Source: an uncultured Candidatus Sumerlaeota bacterium (GTDB lineage Bacteria > Sumerlaeota > Sumerlaeia > MVZB01 > JAJFLK01). Taken from it: a DNA stretch of 64,000 nucleotides. The position numbers and the translations under genes are program-made. This document shows, in pieces, positions 59,001 through 64,000 of the stretch. The notes beneath the pieces are model-generated. The model did not search any database. It saw only the letters and a program-made list of their open reading frames with translations, and was not told where the DNA came from. The first letter of the stretch is position 1, and each line of letters starts with the position of its first letter. The stretch covers positions 11,631-75,630 of the forward strand of contig CAYXAU010000011.1 of assembly GCA_964463045.1 (NCBI GenBank). The letters are read 5' to 3'.

Positions 59001-59562
59001 ACTTAAGGGAGAGGGACCCGCCGAGCCGCTCTGGCCCACCGAGATCAAATGGCCCGCCGAGCAATGGCTCCCCGAGCCCTACGTCCCGGTCGAGGCCCAG
59101 CGGATTCACGTTTACCGCGCCCTGGCCTCAGCCCGGGGTCTGGAGGACCTCGACGCGATCAGCGAGGAACTCCGCGATCGCTATGGTCCGCTCCCGGCCG
59201 AGGCCGTGAACCTCCTGAATGCCTTCCAGGTCCGGCTCGCCCTGGCCCCCTGGCGGGTGGACGTGGTCCGAGGCGAATCGACCGGCCAGATTCGCCTCGT
59301 CGGCCGGAACGTCGCCCCGGGCTTGCTGGCCGCGCTGGAATCGCGCCGGGCGGACGCGCCTGGCCTCGAACGTCTCGCTCGCCGCGGCGAGGATCAACTT
59401 ATCCTCAGCATCGCCCCCGAGCGATGGCATCCCGAACGAGCCTTGGCCGAGTTGGCGGCCTGGCTGCGGGAGCTGCCCCCGCCGGAGCCTCAAGCCGGCG
59501 GCCCGAAGGCCGAGGCGATCCGCGCCGGCCGCCGCCAAGGGAACTCTCAGGCGCGCCCTTAG
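56029..59562 (+). CDS. mfd: Transcription-repair coupling factor Mfd
   Basis: It has a UvrB-homology N-terminus and an RNAP-interacting domain. The SF2 helicase motifs GDVGFGKTEVAIRAA, DEEQRFG and QLRGRVGR are present, and a TRG motif region is recognisable. ~1177 aa from ATG 56029. Confidence 0.9.
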   Translation: MEQELADRLRERFARAPTVGRVEEAIARGDNNLVITNAAGGSPALLAAHLAARAERPLLILTGTLEAAEALADGMSFFGVEPLLFPPLETLPFETAEPALHVAAARAAVLTRLVAAADPEASPPTIVAPIDALLVRIPPATVWRELALDLRWGETVDLDALAARLTRMGYARQALVESPGEFAIRGTILDLFPPEADLPCRLDLFGEEIESIRRFDPRTQRSLPAEGEIERLKALPRALLEPARDVLAAGGRLTTFLDLLPPETLLILAGPTRLEQRLEHFEQVAERHWAETLKPADGEPPNFFHQRGLRPEHWILPPAEARAALARFPAVAWADLETEAGHPDGPRTRIAVGAQGLQTVPSDFATYAELIREKQLEGYRIAIACDNFGQVQRLEELLWEAGVPAMAVGAPPRGAADGRQPRAPLPLGAHDVALVVGELHEGFLFPAARLLLITDREIFGRYRRRRIYRKAFRGKIVSAPSEIERGDFVVHRDHGIGRFEGIRRQQVDGRLGEFLEIGYQDGDKLLLPIDRLHLVQKYASVDGREPALDRLGGRLWSRRRRRTEETVRRLAGELLELHARRRTAEKIPCGPDSVWQQEFEASFIYQETPDQLRAIGEIKTDLMSPRPADRLLCGDVGFGKTEVAIRAAFKVLQEGRQVAVLVPTTILAQQHHRTFSERLAGYPFVVEMLSRFRSPAEQKAVVAGLAAGRVDLVIGTHRLLSRDVRFADLGLLVIDEEQRFGVAQKERIKSLRASVDVLSMTATPIPRTLHMALSKLRDLSIIETPPADRLPIKTRTIYFERDPIEEALLRELNRGGQVYFVHNRIESIHEVAETLRQIVPRARIAVAHGRTDEAELERLMLDFIAGNYDILLSTTIIENGIDIPNVNTIIVNRADAMGLAQLYQLRGRVGRDVRQAYAYLVLPRGRPITDTALKRLQALEEFSELGMGFAIAMRDMEIRGAGNLLGREQSGAIAEIGFDLYCQLLEEAVMELKGEGPAEPLWPTEIKWPAEQWLPEPYVPVEAQRIHVYRALASARGLEDLDAISEELRDRYGPLPAEAVNLLNAFQVRLALAPWRVDVVRGESTGQIRLVGRNVAPGLLAALESRRADAPGLERLARRGEDQLILSIAPERWHPERALAELAAWLRELPPPEPQAGGPKAEAIRAGRRQGNSQARP

Positions 59563-59609
59563 GGACACGCCGCGACCGGCCCGATCTTGGGCCCCCGCAA
59601 AAAAAGCAC

Positions 59610-59641
59610 TTGACCCTATAGTCAGGTACTGGGCGTAGGGT
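59610..59641 (+). promoter_or_regulatory. MerR-type promoter/operator: TTGACC-N20-TAGGGT with dyad ACCCTA-N17-TAGGGT
   Basis: The -35 TTGACC and -10 TAGGGT are separated by an over-long 20-bp spacer. The -35/-10 elements are themselves arms of a perfect 6-bp inverted repeat. It lies 19 nt upstream of the merR-like ATG. Confidence 0.5.
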
Positions 59642-59659
59642 CATCCTCGGAGGCGGATC

Positions 59660-60073
59660 ATGGAAAGCCTCAAGATCGGTCAGGTCGCTCGAAGCGCGGG
59701 CGTGAACCTACAGACGATCCGGTACTACGAGCGCCGGGGGCTCGTTCCCCAGCCGCCCCGTAGCGGCGCCAACTACCGCCTCTACTCCGACGAGACCGTC
59801 CGCCGCGTCCGCTTCATCAAGCGCGCGCAGGAGCTCGGCTTCACGCTTAAGGAGATTCAGGAGCTGCTTTCGCTGCGGGCCGCTCCTCGCGCCCGCTGCG
59901 CCGACGTGCGCCGTCGCGCCGAGGCCAAGGTCCGCGACATCGATCAGAAGCTCCGCCGGCTTGAAAGCATGCGCCGGGCGCTGGGGCGCCTCCTCGCCGA
60001 GTGCTCCGGCGAGGCCCCGGCGACGGAATGTCCCATCCTCGAAGCGCTCGACCCGGAAGAGGAGGAAGCCTGA
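59660..60073 (+). CDS. merR: MerR-family transcriptional regulator with Hg(II)-MerR-type cysteine triad (Cys80/Cys115/Cys124)
   Basis: The HTH IGQVARSAGVNLQTIRYYERRGL is present. The cysteine spacing (35 and 9) is identical to Tn21 MerR (C79/C114/C123). The dimerisation helix is present. Confidence 0.8.
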   Translation: MESLKIGQVARSAGVNLQTIRYYERRGLVPQPPRSGANYRLYSDETVRRVRFIKRAQELGFTLKEIQELLSLRAAPRARCADVRRRAEAKVRDIDQKLRRLESMRRALGRLLAECSGEAPATECPILEALDPEEEEA

Positions 60074-60855
60074 TGCCTCGCGTCGAATTGATCTATGACG
60101 CCGACTGTCCCAACGTCGCCGAGGCCCGCCGGGCGCTCCTGGAGGGCTTCGCCCAGGCGGGGCTCCCGCCGGTCTGGACCGAGTGGGATCGGCGGGCGCC
60201 CGAAAGCCCCCCCCACGTCCGACCCTACGGCTCGCCGACCATCCTCGTCGACGGGCGCGACGTCGGCGGGTGGAATCCCACGGCGACGTCCGAAAGTTGT
60301 CGGGTTTACTGTGAGGAAACCTCCGGCCTCCGCCGCGCTCCGTCGGCCTCGCGGATCGCCGCCCATCTCCTGAAGGCTCCCGCAGGCTCGACCGCAGGGA
60401 GCGACCGCTTGAGGGGTCGATGGCGCGGGCTCGCCCTCTTCTCGACCCTGGGCGCCTCCGGGGCCGCCTTGCTGCCGGTGGGCTTCTGCCCGGCTTGCTG
60501 GCCGGCTTATGCGGGGGTGCTGGGGGCGGTCGGATTGGGGTTCACGCTGAACTCGGCGTTCGTGCTGCCGGTGACCGCCGGATTTTTCGGGTTGGCGCTC
60601 TTCACGCTGGCATGGAGAGCCCGCGCCCGCCGGGGTTACGGCCCTCTCGGGCTGGGCATCGTTTCCGCGGCGGGGGTCCTGATCTTCAAATTCGCTTATC
60701 CGATCAACGCATGGCTTTACGCCAGTTTGGCCGGCTTTGTCGCGGCCGCGATCTGGAACGCCTGGCCGAGGGCCCTCCAGGCGGCCGAACGCTGCCCGAA
60801 CTGCCGCCCCGACGAATTGAGCGAGCCCGCCGAAACCCCACTCGAAAGGAGGTGA
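60073..60855 (+). CDS. Thioredoxin-fold domain fused to a MerT/MerF-like mercuric-ion transporter membrane domain
   Basis: The membrane region ALFSTLGASGAALLPVGFCPACWPAYAGVLGAVGLGF...ALFTLAWRARARRGYGP aligns by eye with MerT TM1-TM2 (ALFAGGLAAILASACCLGPLVLIALGF...ALFFAWRRIYRP). The vicinal CC is replaced by CPAC and a C-terminal CPNC pair is present. The N-terminal ~100 aa resemble the downstream Trx_3 protein (VELIYDADCPNV vs IEIFSAGCAAC). Its ATG overlaps the merR stop (TGATG). Confidence 0.55.
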   Translation: MPRVELIYDADCPNVAEARRALLEGFAQAGLPPVWTEWDRRAPESPPHVRPYGSPTILVDGRDVGGWNPTATSESCRVYCEETSGLRRAPSASRIAAHLLKAPAGSTAGSDRLRGRWRGLALFSTLGASGAALLPVGFCPACWPAYAGVLGAVGLGFTLNSAFVLPVTAGFFGLALFTLAWRARARRGYGPLGLGIVSAAGVLIFKFAYPINAWLYASLAGFVAAAIWNAWPRALQAAERCPNCRPDELSEPAETPLERR

Positions 60856-60860
60856 GGGCT

Positions 60861-61124
60861 ATGCCAGCGAAGCGCAAGATCGAGATCTTCAGCGCCGGAT
60901 GCGCGGCCTGCGAGGAGACGATCCAACTGGTCAACCGCCTGGCGTGTCCCTCGTGCGAAGTCAGCGTGCTGGACATGCGTCAACCCGACGTGGCGCGCCG
61001 CGGGAAATCCCTCGGCGTCCGCGTCGTCCCCGCCGTGGCGATCGACGGTCGGCTGGCCGAGTGCTGCGCCGGGGGGCCGCAGGAAGCGGCCCTGCGCGCC
61101 GCGGGCGTCGGCCAACCGGCCTGA
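60861..61124 (+). CDS. Small thioredoxin-like (Thioredoxin_3-type) protein with CxxC (GCAAC) and a MerA-tail-like vicinal CCAG motif
   Basis: 87 aa. KIEIFSAGCAACEETIQLV is a thioredoxin-fold CxxC. The C-terminal ...RLAECCAGG resembles the MerA C-terminal Hg-handoff Cys pair (...SCCAG). An RBS GGAGGTGAGGG lies 6 nt upstream. Confidence 0.6.
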   Translation: MPAKRKIEIFSAGCAACEETIQLVNRLACPSCEVSVLDMRQPDVARRGKSLGVRVVPAVAIDGRLAECCAGGPQEAALRAAGVGQPA

Positions 61125-61168
61125 CCCCCCGGGGGGGAAGCCGTGGTCCAGGGAGCGCGTCGTTTCGG

Positions 61169-63022
61169 TCAGGCGCGCTCCTGGGGCTTGTTCACGTCGG
61201 CCACTTCAAAGACGACGTCGGACTCCTTGCCGATCCGCATGGCGTGAATGGCCGAAGCTTCCAGGAAGACGGATTTGGCGTTGCGCTCGGCCTCCTCGAT
61301 CAGGTCCCATTGATCCTGATTGAGGGCGACCTCGAGTTTGAAGAACGCCTCTTTAATCCGCTGCTCCAGGTCGCCGCCGAGCGGCCCGCCGTGGCGGATC
61401 ACTTCCATGGAGGACTCCATTTCCTCCAGGCGCCGCCGGACGGCGGCCTTTTGCATGAAGAGGCGATCCTCCTCGGCGTGTTCGGCCGCCGCCCCGATCG
61501 CCCGCTCCACCTCGGCCTCGGCCCCGGGCAGATAGGATTCAATCTTGACCTCTTCGGCGCGGCCGCTCGTCAGGTCCTCGGCTGAGACCGTCAGGATGCC
61601 GTTGGCGTCGATGGCGAAGCTGACCTGGATTTCAGGGATCTCCTTCGGCGCCGGGGCGATCCCCTTCAATCGAAAGTGAGAGAGCGAACGGTTCTGCGAG
61701 GCCCGCTTGCGTTCACCTTGAAGCACGTGGATTTTGACCGTGTCCTGATTGTCGGCCACGGTCGTGAATTTGCGTCGGACCGTCGTCGGCACGTTGGCGT
61801 TGCGCGGCACCAGCACGGAGAACACGTCGTTCGTCAGCTCGATCCCCAGCGACAACGGCACGACGTCCAGCAGCAGCACTTCTTCCAGATCGCCCGTCAT
61901 GATCCCGGCCTGGATGGCGGCCCCGGCCGCCACCACCTCGTCGGGATTGATCGAAACGTCGGGCTCGCGCCGGAAAATCTCGCGGGCCAGGGCGCGGACG
62001 GCCGGGATGCGCGTCGAGCCGCCGACCATGATGATGTTGGCCAGGTTCTCGGGTTTGATCCTCGCGTCGGCCATCGCCGTTTCGCACGGCGGGCGAAGCC
62101 GCGCCAGGATCGGCTCGATCAACGTCTCGAACTCCTCGCGCGTGATCTCGCCGGAGTAGTGCTTCGGCCCCGTCTCGTCGGAGACGATGAACGGGAGCGA
62201 GATCATCGTCTTCGACAGCGTGGAGAGTTCGCATTTGACTTTCTCGGCGGTTTCGGAAATCCGTTGCAGCGCCTGGGGGTCCGGCCGCGGGTCCAGCCCT
62301 GTCGCCTCCCGGATGCGCTCGGCGATCCACTCGATCAGAATGTGATTTATGTTGTCCCCGCCGAGGAAGGTGTCTCCCCCCGTCGACTTCACCTCAAAAA
62401 TGTCCCCGTCGATCTCCAGGATCGTAACGTCGAACGTCCCGCCGCCGAAATCGAAGACGGCGACCTTGGAACGCTCGCGTTTGGCGAGCCCATAGGCCAG
62501 CGCCGCCGCCGTCGGCTCGTTGACCAGCCTCAGCGCCCTCAAGCCGGCCTTCTCGGCGGCCAGCTTGGTCGCCTGACGCTGGCTGTCGTTGAAATGAGCG
62601 GGAACGGTGATGACGGCGTTCTCGATCGGCTCGTTGACGAACGCTTCGGCCGTCGCCTTCATTTTGAGCAGCACTTGAGCCGAAATGTCCTCCGGACGAT
62701 ACGGCCGGCTCCCCACGCGGACCGTCACCATGCCCTCGGCGTCCGGCTGAACCTCATAGGCGATCCCTTCAAGCCGATCCGTCACTTCGTCCCAACGGCA
62801 CCCCATGAAACGTTTGACGGAATGAACGACCCGCTTCGGAGCCGTGATGCGCTGGCGCTGGGCCAACTCCCCGACGACGATCTCCCCGCCGTCGGCGAAA
62901 TAGATGACCGAAGGGGTCGTTTTGCGCCCCTCGGCGTTGGGGATGATCTCCGGCCGATTGGCTTCCAGTACCGCCACGACCGAATTCGTGGTCCCCAGAT
63001 CAATCCCGACAACCTTCGACAT
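61169..63022 (-). CDS. Hsp70-family chaperone (DnaK paralog; no grpE/dnaJ adjacent)
   Basis: VVGIDLGTTNSVVAV, DFGGGTFDVTILEI and the IVLVGGSTRIP-type block (IIMVGGSTRIPAV) are present. ~617 aa from the MSKVVGIDLG start. Confidence 0.85.
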   Translation of the reverse strand: MSKVVGIDLGTTNSVVAVLEANRPEIIPNAEGRKTTPSVIYFADGGEIVVGELAQRQRITAPKRVVHSVKRFMGCRWDEVTDRLEGIAYEVQPDAEGMVTVRVGSRPYRPEDISAQVLLKMKATAEAFVNEPIENAVITVPAHFNDSQRQATKLAAEKAGLRALRLVNEPTAAALAYGLAKRERSKVAVFDFGGGTFDVTILEIDGDIFEVKSTGGDTFLGGDNINHILIEWIAERIREATGLDPRPDPQALQRISETAEKVKCELSTLSKTMISLPFIVSDETGPKHYSGEITREEFETLIEPILARLRPPCETAMADARIKPENLANIIMVGGSTRIPAVRALAREIFRREPDVSINPDEVVAAGAAIQAGIMTGDLEEVLLLDVVPLSLGIELTNDVFSVLVPRNANVPTTVRRKFTTVADNQDTVKIHVLQGERKRASQNRSLSHFRLKGIAPAPKEIPEIQVSFAIDANGILTVSAEDLTSGRAEEVKIESYLPGAEAEVERAIGAAAEHAEEDRLFMQKAAVRRRLEEMESSMEVIRHGGPLGGDLEQRIKEAFFKLEVALNQDQWDLIEEAERNAKSVFLEASAIHAMRIGKESDVVFEVADVNKPQERA

Positions 63023-63275
63023 CGCGCCCATCCCTCCCGCTCGGCGGCCTCGGACCCGACACCCCCGCGCCACCGCCCGGTTCACCCTCGCCGCCAGAAC
63101 CGATCTTATATCATCGCCCCCCTGATGAGTCACGCCCCGATCCGGCCTTCGGCCGCCGGCTTCTCGCCGCCCATCGGCCTCCCCCCTTTACGTCCGCCGT
63201 CGCCGATCGTAGACTGACCGGCCGACCGCCCTCGCCGGGGCCGGGCAGACGTTCGAGCGCAGCCGGCGTCCCGTC

Positions 63276-63986
63276 ATGCAAAAGCACCCGCCCGAGCTTC
63301 ATCGGGTCATCGTTTCGACCGCGGGGTATTTCTACCTCGACCCCGGAACGCAGCGGCCTGCCCCGGCGCTCGTCGGACTGCACGGCTACAGCCAGACGGG
63401 CCGGGATTTCCTTCGAGTCCTCCGCAACGTCGCCCCGGCCGACTTCGCCGTCGTCGCCCCTCAAGGGCTCAACCAACTCTGGGACCCCGCTACCGGCCAG
63501 ATCCGCTTCTCCTGGATGACGGCCTTCGAGAAAACCGACAACATCGAACGCAATACTCGGCTGATCGGGGCCGTGTTGGATCGGCTCATTGAGCAGAAGG
63601 AGATCGACCCCGGAGGCGTCTTCCTCCTCGGTTTCTCGCAGGGCTCCTCCGTGGCCTATCGCTTCGCCCAACGCCATCCGGATCGCCTGCGCGGCGTCAT
63701 CTCCGTCTGTTCGGATCTCCCGCCCGACGTCCGGGAGAATCTGGCCCCTCTGCGACCCCTCGGCTTCCTCATCCTCTACGGCGAGCAGGATCCGCTGGTC
63801 CCGGCGGATCATCCCAAGCAGGCCTACGAAGCCCTGCGGGCCGCCGGCCTCGGGGTCGACCTTCGGGCCTTTCCCCGCGGCCACGTCCTCCCCTCCTCGC
63901 TGGCCCCGTTGGTGGAAGACTGGATGCGGCGCCGCCTGAGGGGGCCCGAGCGCCCGGCGCTGCCGAGTCTGCGGGCGGCCGGTTGA
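63276..63986 (+). CDS. Alpha/beta hydrolase, phospholipase/carboxylesterase family
   Basis: The nucleophile elbow GFSQGS is present. The Asp/His region (...DPLVP...PRGH) is consistent with the esterase family, ~236 aa. Confidence 0.75.
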   Translation: MQKHPPELHRVIVSTAGYFYLDPGTQRPAPALVGLHGYSQTGRDFLRVLRNVAPADFAVVAPQGLNQLWDPATGQIRFSWMTAFEKTDNIERNTRLIGAVLDRLIEQKEIDPGGVFLLGFSQGSSVAYRFAQRHPDRLRGVISVCSDLPPDVRENLAPLRPLGFLILYGEQDPLVPADHPKQAYEALRAAGLGVDLRAFPRGHVLPSSLAPLVEDWMRRRLRGPERPALPSLRAAG

Positions 63987-64000
63987 TCGCCCCCCGACGC

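Overview
This is a high-GC (~68-70%) bacterial chromosomal window with no tRNA/rRNA, CRISPR or mobile element that I can detect. The organism is uncertain; the gene content (sulfatase, DUF1800/DUF1501 pair, Gfo/Idh/MocA, large repetitive secreted protein) is consistent with a PVC/Acidobacteria-like Gram-negative, but that is a guess. Many long antisense ORFs in the six-frame track look like GC artefacts and are ignored. Core genes found: dapF (5' partial), an SDR, a hotdog thioesterase, ftsQ-ftsA-ftsZ (dcw cluster tail without upstream mur/ddl genes), mgtE, fabD, trpD-trpC, a Gfo/Idh/MocA oxidoreductase, arylsulfatase, Hsp20, EF-G paralog, hprK, rnhB, mfd and an Hsp70 paralog. Two regions stand out. 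(1) A tightly packed minus-strand operon at ~26.9-37.7 kb: wzm-wzt ABC exporter, a 2117-aa fusion protein (N-terminal SAM methyltransferase, ~315-aa coiled coil, duplicated WRW-LG motif, three GT2 domains, WsaF-like GT domain), a GT2/GT4 fusion and a eukaryotic-type sulfotransferase. This looks like an ABC-transporter-dependent glycan pathway in which the molecular-ruler, chain-terminator and polymerase functions are fused in one polypeptide. A second GT4 and a 1.6-kaa repetitive secreted protein lie nearby. (2) A compact MerR-controlled operon at ~59.6-61.1 kb. Its regulator has the exact Hg(II)-MerR cysteine spacing. It is followed by a thioredoxin-fold-MerT-like membrane fusion and a mini-thioredoxin with a MerA-like CCAG tail, but no MerA or MerP. 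Smaller oddities are a 250-bp AT-rich island followed by a small ORF and a strong terminator, palindromic GTTGCAAC boxes upstream of hsp20, and a possible structured RNA upstream of ftsQ.
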